From positions 2,656,001-2,720,000 of the forward strand of contig OY776215.1 of assembly GCA_963675495.1 (NCBI GenBank): 64,000 nt of DNA. The letters are read 5' to 3'. Origin of the DNA: an uncultured Methanolobus sp. GTDB lineage: Archaea > Halobacteriota > Methanosarcinia > Methanosarcinales > Methanosarcinaceae. Numbering within the stretch: the first letter of the stretch is position 1; each line of letters opens with the position of its first letter. Shown in pieces: positions 39,613 to 50,172 of the stretch. Both the position numbers and the translations under genes were made by a program. The notes beneath the pieces are model-generated. The model had not been told where the DNA came from, ran no database searches, and was given only the letters and a program-made list of their open reading frames with translations.

Positions 39613-40503
39613 ATGATGACTAAAAGGTTGATATCTTCTGAAAGTGCTATTTCGACTGTAGTCTCTGCTGTGCTTCTCCTGGGTATATTTGTATCTGTCA
39701 TCACAGTTATCAATGTGCAGTATATCCCGGAGTGGAAAACCACTTCAGAACAATCTCATATGGACGATGTCTTCTATGATATGGCAGAGATGAAAAATGA
39801 AGTTGACATTCTGTCCGCTTATGCCAGGACCGAGCCTTCTACAAGTCTTTTAGTGAGCATACCCATTAAAATGGGAGGTGGGTCTTTGCCTATATTCAGT
39901 TCCGGCAAGTCAAGCGGAAGATTAGCAATAAATGAAGATGAATTTGGTATGGACATTCGGGCAACTACGCCTGGTCTTACTTACAACAGTGATTCAATGC
40001 TTCTGGATCTGGGTTCTATTAGTTATATGTCTGATAATAATTATTTTGTTGACCAGAAATTCGTTTATGAGAACGGAGCCCTGTTAATCTCACAAAATGA
40101 CTATTCTTTAATGCGTCTTGCACCTCAGATCGATGTAAAAATGACAGACACTGGTACAAATATAACTATGGATATTAACGTAATAGACATCAATGGTCCA
40201 AAGAGAAGTATCAGCAGTAATTCTGTGGAAGAACTGAACATCAGGACGAATGGGTCTGATTCTTTATATTGGGATGGCATACTTTTCACAGATGTGACCA
40301 TGACAATGGAAACATCCTATCCGTCTTCATGGGAAACTTTCTTTTTGAGCATGGTGGATAATGCGGGCATAGATCCTGCAGATTATTCCATTACCTCTAA
40401 CGATACTGCCGTTGTATTATTCCTTGAAGGCAGTGCCGGAGAAGACATTAAGCTCAATGTGACCAAGACTTTTTTTGATGCAAGGATGAATCTGATGCTT
40501 TGA
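39613..40503 (+). CDS. Pilin-like protein with class III signal peptide
   Basis: SESA/ISTVVSAVLLLGIF; E.SHM and YENGAL motifs of archaeal minor pilins. Confidence 0.75.
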   Translation: MMTKRLISSESAISTVVSAVLLLGIFVSVITVINVQYIPEWKTTSEQSHMDDVFYDMAEMKNEVDILSAYARTEPSTSLLVSIPIKMGGGSLPIFSSGKSSGRLAINEDEFGMDIRATTPGLTYNSDSMLLDLGSISYMSDNNYFVDQKFVYENGALLISQNDYSLMRLAPQIDVKMTDTGTNITMDINVIDINGPKRSISSNSVEELNIRTNGSDSLYWDGILFTDVTMTMETSYPSSWETFFLSMVDNAGIDPADYSITSNDTAVVLFLEGSAGEDIKLNVTKTFFDARMNLML

Positions 40504-40589
40504 GAACCGTTTCATACTTTGCATTCTTTTGCATAAATTTTGAAGCTTACATTCATCAATGATAAAGTCACATTTTTAACCAGGGGTTC

Positions 40590-41609
40590 TTGATGATAAA
40601 AGAAGCAATGTTTTATGAGAAACTTGATGGTGGCAAGGTACAGTGCAACCTTTGCAGTCACAGATGTAAAATATCATCTGGAAGGAGGGGAATCTGTGCG
40701 GTGCGGGAGAACAGGGAAGGCACTCTTTATACACTTAACTATAATGTTGTTTCAAGCGAGGCACTGGATCCTATAGAGAAAAAACCACTTTTCCATTTTT
40801 ATCCGGGTTCGTTGGCCTATTCTCTTGGGACGATAGGTTGTAATTTTAGGTGCAAGCACTGTCAGAACTGGACGATATCACAGATTGATATAGATGAGGC
40901 AAATGCCATTGAAATGAGTCCTGAAATGGCTGTTGAAAGAGCTGTAAACTCTGGAGCAAAAGTTATTGCCTGGACCTATAATGAGCCAACTATCTGGTTC
41001 GAGTATACTTATGACTGTGCCAGGCTGGCAAAAGGGGCGGGGATGGCAACTGCGTATGTGACCAACGGATACATTACCAGGGAAGCATTGGAGATTATAG
41101 CTCCGTATCTGGATGCTTTCAGGGTTGATATAAAAGCTTTTACGGAAGAGTTCTACAGGGAAATTGCAAGTGCAAAACTGGCCCCAGTTCTTGAGTCTGC
41201 AAAGTATGCAAGAGAACTTGGTATGCATGTGGAAGTCGTGAACCTTGTTATACCAACGCTCAATGATGCACCTGAGGAGATCCGTGAAATGTCAAAATGG
41301 ATATATGATAATCTCGGTGCTGACACTCCTGTTCATTTTACCCGTTTCCATCCTTATTATAAATTGCAGGATATCCCTTCTACTCCGTTGGCTACCCTTG
41401 AGATGGCACATAGTATTGCCAGGGAAGAAGGCCTTAATTATGTTTACTTAGGAAATATTGCTGGAACTGATTATGAAGATACGTTCTGTCCCAAATGCGG
41501 GGAACTACTCATCAAGAGAGAAATGTTCGGCATTGAAGTGAATAAGCTGGACAATAAACAAACGTGCCCACAGTGCGGTGAGTTCATTAATGTCCGGGTC
41601 GGGCAGTAA
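40590..41609 (+). CDS. amrS: AmmeMemoRadiSam system radical SAM enzyme
   Basis: CNLCSHRC, DPIEKKPLFHFYPG, CNFRCKHCQN, TYNEP, FTRFHPYY. Confidence 0.9.
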   Translation: MMIKEAMFYEKLDGGKVQCNLCSHRCKISSGRRGICAVRENREGTLYTLNYNVVSSEALDPIEKKPLFHFYPGSLAYSLGTIGCNFRCKHCQNWTISQIDIDEANAIEMSPEMAVERAVNSGAKVIAWTYNEPTIWFEYTYDCARLAKGAGMATAYVTNGYITREALEIIAPYLDAFRVDIKAFTEEFYREIASAKLAPVLESAKYARELGMHVEVVNLVIPTLNDAPEEIREMSKWIYDNLGADTPVHFTRFHPYYKLQDIPSTPLATLEMAHSIAREEGLNYVYLGNIAGTDYEDTFCPKCGELLIKREMFGIEVNKLDNKQTCPQCGEFINVRVGQ

Positions 41610-41871
41610 GGCAGGGGCTGTAGAAACTATGCAATGTCCAAATTTATAAGATATTGCAGATGTAACTGTTGGATGTGACTGTATATAAAAGGTCCAAACA
41701 TTGTAACCCCTCCGTTTCTACTGGAACGTATACAATCAACGATATATTATCATCATCATTATGATGTGGCTTTGAATATTGTCAAAAAAAGGGTGAAAAT
41801 GTAGGTGCAATCAAAAGGTTTAAAAGCAATAACTGCATTAGAAGGATTCGCGCGTGAGCGCCATGCTGAGA

Positions 41872-41944
41872 GCCGCAATAACTCAGTTGGTAGAGTGTCT
41901 GGCTGTTAACCAGAATGTCACAGGTTCGAGCCCTGTTTGCGGCG
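41872..41944 (+). tRNA. tRNA-Asn(GTT)
   Basis: GCCGCAA/TTGCGGC acceptor stem; CTGG-CT-GTT-AA-CCAG anticodon arm; GGTTCGAG T-loop. Confidence 0.97.
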
Positions 41945-41965
41945 CTTCAAATCTTTTTTCATACT

Positions 41966-42040
41966 GGGCCTGTAGCTTAGCCAGGTTAGAGCGCTCGGCT
42001 CATAACCGAGCGATCACCGGTTCGAATCCGGTTAGGCCCA
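41966..42040 (+). tRNA. tRNA with CAT anticodon, most likely tRNA-Ile2 (agmatidine-modified)
   Basis: GGGCCTG/TAGGCCC acceptor stem with A discriminator, typical of Ile tRNAs; CTCGG-CT-CAT-AA-CCGAG anticodon arm; no intron. Confidence 0.9.
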
Positions 42041-42146
42041 CTTAATAATTTAGGGCTAATAATTTCTTGCTAACTAGTATTTTTTCCGGGTAGAAACTAC
42101 TCCCGTCTCCAGTTAAAAATAACTTTTCTTCTGGATAAGCGTTTGA

Positions 42147-42818
42147 TCAGACAAAAGCAGAGATATTATTGTAATTGGTCAAAAACCAGAGACCGAAGAC
42201 TGCCATAAATAATCCGCAGAAGTAAAGTATTTTCTCATGTGTTCTTGGTGAAAACAATTCTTTTCCCCTGGAAAATGATGATGATACAGCTACAAGGATT
42301 CCCAGGTCTGCCATCCAGTGTCCCAGGATGAATGCAAGCACCGCAAAGATGCCTAGTAGATATTCCTGAAGGATGATTGCACTGCCAGCTGTCAGCCACC
42401 ATATGATAAGTGTAGGGTTCAAAGCAGAGGTTATAACTCCGGCAGATACAGGACCTGCTGTCAGTTCCTTTTCATTGGATGATGCGGAAATATCCATCGC
42501 AGATACTTTCTTTGCGCTTTTTATAAGTACTATTCCGAAAAGTATCATTATCAGGCCGCCTATTATGGAGATATACGACATGATACTCTCTCCTAAGAAA
42601 GACGCAGCACCTGCCAGGATGAGCAGAAAAATGGCAGATTCTACAAGTGCATGTCCCAAGAATACTGATGGCCCGGTTCTCCATCCCTTTTTCATAGATA
42701 TGCCGATAGTTGCGAACATCATGGGACCTGGTATGAGGGCTGCAGATATACCTACTGTGAATCCTAGGATAAGAGCTTGTATTAATTCTATAATGGCTAT
42801 CACCTGATTAAAAAACAA
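42147..42818 (-). CDS. LysE-family translocator
   Basis: PGPMM, LGHALVE, SALNPTLIIWW; start codon uncertain. Confidence 0.88.
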   Translation of the reverse strand: MFFNQVIAIIELIQALILGFTVGISAALIPGPMMFATIGISMKKGWRTGPSVFLGHALVESAIFLLILAGAASFLGESIMSYISIIGGLIMILFGIVLIKSAKKVSAMDISASSNEKELTAGPVSAGVITSALNPTLIIWWLTAGSAIILQEYLLGIFAVLAFILGHWMADLGILVAVSSSFSRGKELFSPRTHEKILYFCGLFMAVFGLWFLTNYNNISAFV

Positions 42819-43015
42819 TGATTTTTAATATACAATGCTGGTTATATATTTAACAGATTTGGATGGCAAAGGTATAGTATACTGATGGTAATTTCTTTTA
42901 TGCATCATGTATGAGGCATTTCTGTTTGTTGGCTTGGTATAATGTTGAGGTACTTATAAATATCTTAAAATAAATATACAATTCATAGCTTTGTTATATA
43001 CTTTAAGTGATCCCC

Positions 43016-43390
43016 ATGAAAAGAATATTAGTAGTCGAAGATAATCCCATGAATATGGAATTAGTGGCAGAACTTCTTGAATCAAATGGGATGGAGGTCA
43101 CAAAAGCTGCAGATGGGCCTGAGTCATTAGAGATCATCAAAAATAATGCTTTTGACCTTGTATTACTGGATATCCAGTTGCCTGGGATAGATGGGTTGGA
43201 AGTTCTTAAAATCATCAAAGAAGATTCATCCTTGCAGCAAACGCCTGTTATTGCCCTGACTGCCCACGCCATGCAAGGTGATGAACAGCATTTCATTGAC
43301 TTAGGTTGTGTAGGCTATATTTCAAAACCCATAGATGTGTTCCAATTCATGGATCAAATTCACCATTTCTTAAACCAGATGGGAGAATGA
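43016..43390 (+). CDS. Single-domain response regulator (receiver)
   Basis: ILVVEDN, LLDIQLPGIDG, ALTA, YISKP. Confidence 0.93.
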   Translation: MKRILVVEDNPMNMELVAELLESNGMEVTKAADGPESLEIIKNNAFDLVLLDIQLPGIDGLEVLKIIKEDSSLQQTPVIALTAHAMQGDEQHFIDLGCVGYISKPIDVFQFMDQIHHFLNQMGE

Positions 43391-43393
43391 AGC

Positions 43394-45805
43394 ATGACAA
43401 ATTCCCGGAAGAATGTTTCAGGACCATGCGAAGAAAAAGAGTATTTTAGTTCTGTAACGGATCAATCACCTATTGGTACTATTATTGTAAACCAAGGCTG
43501 CAAGATTGATTACTTTAACCATGCTATTCTTGAAATGTTTGGGTATCAGGACACAAGATTATTTATGCAGGATTGTTGTAGCACATTGTTTCCACTTTCA
43601 CTTAAGGCAAAAATACAAAAAAGTTTCAAAGAACTCCAAAGCAGCAGCGACTATGCAGAATTTGAACAAACTTGTACAACCAAAGATGGTACTGAATTTG
43701 TTGCAAGGTTTAAAACAGTTCCAATGGGGGATATTGTTCATGAGAATTCTAAATTAATATGCTACATAGAAAACGCTTCAAAATTTGGTCGTCCAATAGA
43801 AAATAGTGAATATGACAATAAATATGTGAAATTGATAGAAGATGTTAGCGATGGAATTGTAATTATACAAGATCAATTGATCAAACACTTCAACAATACT
43901 ATAATGAATATCACAGGCTATAAGAGAGAAGAAGCTCTTGGCAAAAGCTTTCTTGATTTTGTATCGCCTGCATACAAGAAAATAGTTATTCAGAACCACT
44001 TGGATAGATTAGAAGGGAAATCTGTACCCACTATTTATGAGATTGACATAATTTCCAGTCAGGGGACTGACATGTCGATGGAAATTTCAACTTATATGAC
44101 CGAGTTTGCCGGAAGACCAGCAGTTCTGATAATTCTCCGTGACGTAGCAGAAAGAAAGGAAGCAGAGCAAAATCTTATCCAGGCAAAACTAGTAGCCGAA
44201 TCTGCCAACCGTGCGAAGAGTGATTTCCTTGCCACCATGAGCCATGAATTGCGCACACCTCTTAATTCCATCATAGGATTCTCTGATCTAATGCTAAGTG
44301 GCAGTATTGGAGAAATGAATGAAAAGCAGAACAAATTCATGGGTAACATTTCTTCAAGTGGCAAACATTTGCTTTCTCTCATAAATAATGTTCTTGACCT
44401 TTCCAAGATAGAAGCATTAAAAATGGATCTGGACTACGAACACCTTAATGTTTGTTGTATCATTGATGAAGTAAAGCAGCTTGTATCTCCACTTGCAGAC
44501 AAAAATGCGCTAAAAATTGAGTTTTGCAGGGATGAAAACCTTGAACATATATATGCTGACAGAGTAAGGTTCAAGCAGATTCTTTTCAACCTTGCAAGCA
44601 ATGCTATTAAGTTTACTCCTATGGGTGGTAAAATAACTATCTCCGCAAAACAAGTTGGTAGTATGGCACAGTTTTCTGTGGAGGATACAGGCATAGGGAT
44701 AGCCGAAGAGGACAAAAGTAAGCTCTTCCAGCCTTTTGTGCAACTGGATTCTGCTACAAACCGTTTTTACGAAGGAACAGGACTTGGGCTTTCTCTGGTG
44801 AAACGATTCGTAGAACTTCATCAGGGGCGTATATGGTTTGAGAGCGAAATTGGAAAAGGTACATCTTTTACATTCGAATTGCCTTTACAAGTCAATGAGA
44901 ACAGTGAGATTACTGCAGGGGCAAAGTTTGAAGAAGCTGTGGCTTTTCGATCAAAAGTGAAAAGGATAAAAACGATTCCTGAAATCACTGTTTCTGAAAC
45001 AAATGAATTTCAATCTGGGACAGTTGTCCCGCAAATAATGGAGCCTCAAAATGCCAGAGGTGATGAGCTACTTATACTTGTTGTAGAGGATGATGCTGCT
45101 TCCAGGGAACTGCTTGAGGTTACATTGTTATGCGAAGGATATCGTGTGGCATCTGCAGCCAATGGAAAAGCAGCTCTTGAGCTTGCCAACGAGATCAAGC
45201 CCTTTGCCATTACTCTGGATATAATGATGCCGGGTATGGATGGCTGGGGTGTGCTAAGGCAGTTGAAAGAGAAAGAACAAACCCATGAAATTCCTGTGAT
45301 AATCACTTCAATGCTGGATGAAAGGGAATTAGGTATCGTCTGGGGCGCTGTGGATCATTTCATTAAACCTATTAAGAAGAACATATTACTTGGTACATTG
45401 GATAAAATAAAGTATAATGTGTCTAAATCATCACTCAGTGTTTTGGTTGTGGATGACGAAACAAATGCAGTTGAACTAATAGCTGCGATGCTGGATGATG
45501 AAGAGTTTGACGTACTGACGGCTTATGGGGGACAGGATGCCATAGATATTGCATTTGCAAAGCACCCCGACGTAATCGTGTTGGATCTAATGATGCCTAA
45601 TGTCAGTGGTTTTGATGTAATAAAAGAGCTAAAAGCGAATCCGGATACAATCGATATTCCTATTATTATCTGTACTGCAAAGGACCTTAACTTGAATGAC
45701 AGGGAAGTATTGGATAAGAATGTGTCAAATATAATGCATAAGGGCATGTTCACCAGGGATGATCTTATTGGCTTTATTGAATCCGTTCAAAAACAGGATG
45801 TCTGA
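43394..45805 (+). CDS. Hybrid sensor histidine kinase (PAS-PAS-HisKA-HATPase-REC-REC)
   Basis: MSHELRTPLN, NAIKFT, DTGIGI, GTGLGL and two receiver domains. Confidence 0.95.
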   Translation: MTNSRKNVSGPCEEKEYFSSVTDQSPIGTIIVNQGCKIDYFNHAILEMFGYQDTRLFMQDCCSTLFPLSLKAKIQKSFKELQSSSDYAEFEQTCTTKDGTEFVARFKTVPMGDIVHENSKLICYIENASKFGRPIENSEYDNKYVKLIEDVSDGIVIIQDQLIKHFNNTIMNITGYKREEALGKSFLDFVSPAYKKIVIQNHLDRLEGKSVPTIYEIDIISSQGTDMSMEISTYMTEFAGRPAVLIILRDVAERKEAEQNLIQAKLVAESANRAKSDFLATMSHELRTPLNSIIGFSDLMLSGSIGEMNEKQNKFMGNISSSGKHLLSLINNVLDLSKIEALKMDLDYEHLNVCCIIDEVKQLVSPLADKNALKIEFCRDENLEHIYADRVRFKQILFNLASNAIKFTPMGGKITISAKQVGSMAQFSVEDTGIGIAEEDKSKLFQPFVQLDSATNRFYEGTGLGLSLVKRFVELHQGRIWFESEIGKGTSFTFELPLQVNENSEITAGAKFEEAVAFRSKVKRIKTIPEITVSETNEFQSGTVVPQIMEPQNARGDELLILVVEDDAASRELLEVTLLCEGYRVASAANGKAALELANEIKPFAITLDIMMPGMDGWGVLRQLKEKEQTHEIPVIITSMLDERELGIVWGAVDHFIKPIKKNILLGTLDKIKYNVSKSSLSVLVVDDETNAVELIAAMLDDEEFDVLTAYGGQDAIDIAFAKHPDVIVLDLMMPNVSGFDVIKELKANPDTIDIPIIICTAKDLNLNDREVLDKNVSNIMHKGMFTRDDLIGFIESVQKQDV

Positions 45806-45943
45806 TTAAGCTCTTCTTAATAAAATTGAATTATTTAGTAGTGAATGACATTATCCTTGTCACCAAAAAACCTAAGTAATGTCCACCCGTCAACTGGATA
45901 AAAATGAGTGGGAACTTGTTTTCGTATAAACCGAGTTGATATT

Positions 45944-46366
45944 TTGGTAATAAAAGACGGAGATACAATAAAGATAGACTATACCGGCACGCTTGATGAC
46001 GGTACTGTTTTTGATAGTTCGGAGAACCATGACGAACCTCTTGAATTTACTGTAGGTGCAGGGCAGGTCATACCAGGTTTTGAGGAAGCTGTAAGAGGTA
46101 TGGAAGTAGGGGAAGAGAAGAAGTTCAGAGTAGAGGCTTGTGAAGCCTATGGCGAGGCAAACCCGGCTCTCACACAGACAGTTCCAAGTTCACTGCTTCA
46201 GGCTGATGCAGAGATTACGGAAGGAATGATGATAATGGTAGGAACAGCTGACGGTCAGCAGATGCCTGCAAAGATAACTGAAGTGACTGATGAGAACATC
46301 ACACTTGATATGAATCATCCACTCGCTGGCAAGGCACTGACTTTTAGCATTAAAGTTGTCGAATAA
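45944..46366 (+). CDS. slyD: FKBP-type peptidyl-prolyl isomerase (SlyD-like)
   Basis: YTGTLDDGTVFDSS, GQVIPGFEEA, DMNHPLAGK. Confidence 0.92.
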   Translation: MVIKDGDTIKIDYTGTLDDGTVFDSSENHDEPLEFTVGAGQVIPGFEEAVRGMEVGEEKKFRVEACEAYGEANPALTQTVPSSLLQADAEITEGMMIMVGTADGQQMPAKITEVTDENITLDMNHPLAGKALTFSIKVVE

Positions 46367-46467
46367 TAATTACTATTCTGAGCTCGTTATCGGGCTATCT
46401 CTTTTTTTCTAAAAGTATCAATTACTTTAGAAGTATCATTTTGAGTTGAATGTTCATAAAAAATAAT

Positions 46468-49272
46468 TTATTTCATTTTGTTAATTGCCTTTTTTCTGAG
46501 TTCCTGTAACTTAGCATCATCCTGCTTTTCAATTAATGCTTCATCGAACATCTCAACAGCTCCACTGTAGTCACTAAGTCGATGCAGGGCAATACCCTTA
46601 TGCTTCCAGACCACACTTTTTCCATAGCCCATGCTTATCAGCTTGTTGAAACAAGTTAAAGCCATCTGGTTCTGACCAAGACGGAGGCAGGTTATTCCTT
46701 TATTCATAAGGGCAGTGGCATTAGAAGGCTGTAATTGCAAGGCTGCTTCAAAACACTCATATGCAAGCTCCTGATCATTTTGCTCTCTTCCAGCCTTAAT
46801 GCCTTCCTTTACCCACTCAGCTGCACTTTTCCTGTCTCGTTGCCTGAGTTTTCTTCTTGCTCTGTTAAGAGCAGCAGAATGGTCAAATGGCTTGTCTTTT
46901 CGCTCTGTGGGTGTGGGTGCAATGGTTGAACGCCTCTCTGTCTTATCAGACTTAACATGAGATATTTTCTTTTGAGGAATATAAGCGGGTTTACCAAGCA
47001 TCTTTCTCAGCATCATTATGGCTGCATCCTTGTCAAGAGGATTATTGTTGTTTCCACATTTTGGGGACTGGATACACGATGGACAGCCTTCGATGCAAGG
47101 ACAGCTTTCAATAGACTTCAGGGTCACTTCCAGCATTTCAGTGATTTTACCGTATCCATTTTCAGCATAACCGACACCACCGGGATGTCCGTCATACACG
47201 AATATCCCGCAGTTTCTGGAAAGATCATCATGCTCCGGTGTGGAAACACCACCTACATCATTCCTATCCGCCAGCAAGTGCAGTGGGTACATTGCTATCA
47301 TGGCATGCTCAATGGCATGTATACCACCTGCAAAATCACGTTCGTGTTCGTTTACCAGTTCGGTGAACATATAAGGTAGTTCAAGCCACAGGGCTTCGGT
47401 CTCCAACCTGAATTCCGGCATATCCAGGGACAACTGTCCAAGCTCAGTGTCGGTACGCTGCTGAATTTTTTTATATCCTGTAACTTGCTGCGTGACATCC
47501 ACATCCCCAAAGCCCACTTTTACATCAGGAAATGTTGCCAGAGCTTTTGTTTCAACAACTTCTCTGATGACTATGTCCGATGATACAAGGGACCTTGTAT
47601 AATAGCCATCTTGCGCCTTCTCAACATGTATCTCTCTTTCATCGTGGTCCTGTTTTGTAACACAGTAAGGAGTACCTTTGTTGATGTACACCGCACCTTC
47701 GAATGCTTCCCTGTAGGCACGTAGTCTCTCTATATTCTTTTCAAGAGGTTTTCTGCTTGTTTTGTCAATGATTGTATAGCTTTCACTGTCAATACTGCGT
47801 ATGGAAACTTTCATGTGTGGGGCAGGATCCAGCGATTTCTTTTCATCAATTCCTCCCAGCAATCCTTCTTCTTCAAGTACTTCAACTATGGTCTCAAACT
47901 CAGAACCGAAATATTCGTTGTCCTCAGGTCTTAATGGTAGCTCCTTTGCAGCACAGAGTAAATGACCTGCCTGTATGTAGCGGTTCGATACATTGATAAC
48001 TGCTTCCTCACAATTTCGCCTGAAGAAGTCTTCGGGATTTCTCATGTAGTACTGGTCAAGTGCATTTGAATCTGCAACAAGGGTGACTATACTTTCCCGG
48101 GTTCCACGACCTGCACGTCCTGCCTGTTGCCTTGCACTCATGATAGTTCCCGGGAATCCGTCCATGATACAGGCGTCAAGCCCACCGATGTCAATTCCCA
48201 GTTCAAGAGCATTGGTGGATATCACACCTTCAATATTTCCCTGTGCAAGCTCTTTTTCGATGGCTTCGCGCTCGTCGCCGTGATAGCCTCCTCTGTAGGA
48301 GCTGATTTTTTTCTCTATTCCCCTGCTGGCAAGTGTGTTCTTTGCCTGGACATACATTCTCTCGACTTTTTGTCTCGACCTTGCAAAAACAATGGTCTGA
48401 AGATCGCTTTGCACGAAAGTTGCGAAAAGGTCTACTGTTTCCCCGAAGCTGGCTTTTCTCTGGGTGAAGTTCCTGGATCTTGAATAAAGTGGAGGATTCC
48501 AGAATACGAACTTCTGGGCGCCCTGTCCGGAACTGTCATTGTCTATCAGGTTGACATCTTTTCCTATCAGTGATGAGCTATGTTCAACCGGGTTTCCAAT
48601 GGTTGCAGTACAGCATATATATTGAGGGTTTGAACCATAGTGGTCACAAATACGGTTCAAACGTCTTAGCAGATTTGCCATGTGGCTTCCCATGACTCCG
48701 CTGTATGAATGGCTTTCATCCAGGATTATAAAGTTGAGATTCGAAAGGAAATGCTTCCATTGATGTTTCCATTGCAGGAAACTCAAATGCAACATTTCGG
48801 GATTTGTAAAAATTATCTTGGTATTTCCGTATTTGACGTTATCTTTTTCAGCCTTGCTCATGGAACCAACGAATCTATCGATATTCACATTCAATCTCAT
48901 TGTGTGGCTAAGTTTCCTGAAGGTATCAAGCTGGTCATTTACAAGGGCATTCAGGGGTGATATGTAAAGTGCCGTGGCATGTGGCTCTTCCAGCAAACGC
49001 TCAAAAACAGGTAGCATATAGCACAAAGATTTGCCACTGGCAGTACTGGTGGAAAGAACAATGTTCTTCTTTTCCCGTGCGGTGCTAACTGCTTCGGCCT
49101 GATGGGCATAGAGTTGTTCAATTCCATTTTCCTTTAAAGCATATCTGATCAGTGGATTAAGTTCTATATTCCTGTATTCTGCTTCTCTGATGGGCACATC
49201 CTCAATATGGGTGATCTGCCCCTCATATTTCCTCGAAGATTTTATTTTACTGATCAGTTGGGAAATTTCCAT
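46468..49272 (-). CDS. DEAD/DEAH helicase with DUF1998 (MrfA/Hrq1-like) and C-terminal TPR repeats
   Basis: TASGKS, DESH, ALELGIDIG, QQAGRAGR, CPCIEGCPSCIQSPKC; TPR-like tail. Confidence 0.92.
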   Translation of the reverse strand: MEISQLISKIKSSRKYEGQITHIEDVPIREAEYRNIELNPLIRYALKENGIEQLYAHQAEAVSTAREKKNIVLSTSTASGKSLCYMLPVFERLLEEPHATALYISPLNALVNDQLDTFRKLSHTMRLNVNIDRFVGSMSKAEKDNVKYGNTKIIFTNPEMLHLSFLQWKHQWKHFLSNLNFIILDESHSYSGVMGSHMANLLRRLNRICDHYGSNPQYICCTATIGNPVEHSSSLIGKDVNLIDNDSSGQGAQKFVFWNPPLYSRSRNFTQRKASFGETVDLFATFVQSDLQTIVFARSRQKVERMYVQAKNTLASRGIEKKISSYRGGYHGDEREAIEKELAQGNIEGVISTNALELGIDIGGLDACIMDGFPGTIMSARQQAGRAGRGTRESIVTLVADSNALDQYYMRNPEDFFRRNCEEAVINVSNRYIQAGHLLCAAKELPLRPEDNEYFGSEFETIVEVLEEEGLLGGIDEKKSLDPAPHMKVSIRSIDSESYTIIDKTSRKPLEKNIERLRAYREAFEGAVYINKGTPYCVTKQDHDEREIHVEKAQDGYYTRSLVSSDIVIREVVETKALATFPDVKVGFGDVDVTQQVTGYKKIQQRTDTELGQLSLDMPEFRLETEALWLELPYMFTELVNEHERDFAGGIHAIEHAMIAMYPLHLLADRNDVGGVSTPEHDDLSRNCGIFVYDGHPGGVGYAENGYGKITEMLEVTLKSIESCPCIEGCPSCIQSPKCGNNNNPLDKDAAIMMLRKMLGKPAYIPQKKISHVKSDKTERRSTIAPTPTERKDKPFDHSAALNRARRKLRQRDRKSAAEWVKEGIKAGREQNDQELAYECFEAALQLQPSNATALMNKGITCLRLGQNQMALTCFNKLISMGYGKSVVWKHKGIALHRLSDYSGAVEMFDEALIEKQDDAKLQELRKKAINKMK

Positions 49273-49592
49273 TTTTGGCTAGCTCCGCTGTCCATTAATG
49301 AATTCATCCTTTAAAGACTATATTGCACTTTAAAATATCTCATATTGAATTCTACATTAAAGTTACACGGGAAATATGTTCCATATTTATTTTAAAAGGA
49401 TTTAATGTTTCCAAAATTGTTTTTTAATCAAATTCAAGCTTTCAATTAAATTTAAGCACTCATAATGTTATTATACGAGAATACGTTTTCAGTAATAATT
49501 GTGAAATAGATAAAATCAATTTATGTTTAAGAGCATGAAAAACGAAAAATCTCTGGAAATCCAGATTAAACCTAATAAACGAGATAATAAAA

Positions 49593-50135
49593 ATGGTTCC
49601 AAAAAATTGCTTTTTGACTAAAGGTGTTGGTGTACATAAAGATAGATTAGCATCTTTTGAATTGGCACTGCGCGATGCTAAAATAGAAAAATATAATCTT
49701 GTCACCGTTTCCAGTATACTTCCACCTAATTGTAAATTAGTATCCAGGGATGAGGGCATCAAGCAATTGCCAGCTGGAGAGATCGTATATTGTGTTCTTG
49801 CACGTAATGAGACAAATGAACCGCAAAGGCTTGTATCGGCAGCCGTCGGAACAGCAGTTCCGGTTAATGAAAATAACTATGGATACATCTCTGAGCACCA
49901 TACTTTTGGTGAGGATGAACTTACAGCAGGAGAGTATGCTGAAGACCTGGCGGCAACAATGCTTGCAACTACTCTGGGAATTGAATTCGATGCTGACTGT
50001 GCGTGGCATGAAAGGGAACAGGTCTACAAAGCAAGTGGTCATATAATAGACACGACTCACTATTGCCAGACAGCAAATGGTGACAAGGACGGAAAGTGGA
50101 CTTCTGTCATAGCAGCGATGGTTTTTATTGAATAA
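49593..50135 (+). CDS. pdaD: Pyruvoyl-dependent arginine decarboxylase
   Basis: SFELALRDAKIEKYNLVTVSSILPP (Ser-Ser cleavage site), YGYISEHH. Confidence 0.93.
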   Translation: MVPKNCFLTKGVGVHKDRLASFELALRDAKIEKYNLVTVSSILPPNCKLVSRDEGIKQLPAGEIVYCVLARNETNEPQRLVSAAVGTAVPVNENNYGYISEHHTFGEDELTAGEYAEDLAATMLATTLGIEFDADCAWHEREQVYKASGHIIDTTHYCQTANGDKDGKWTSVIAAMVFIE

Positions 50136-50172
50136 AAAGGATTAAAGATATCCTTTTTTATTTTGTTTCTAA

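Noticed and set aside
41872-42147. tRNA pair as an integration site for a mobile element
   Set aside because: I saw no integrase and no repeat of a tRNA 3' end; the flanking genes are ordinary.
46468-49272. DUF1998 helicase as part of a DISARM or Druantia defence system
   Set aside because: It is a full-length MrfA/Hrq1-like repair helicase with no methylase, PLD nuclease or other defence genes nearby.
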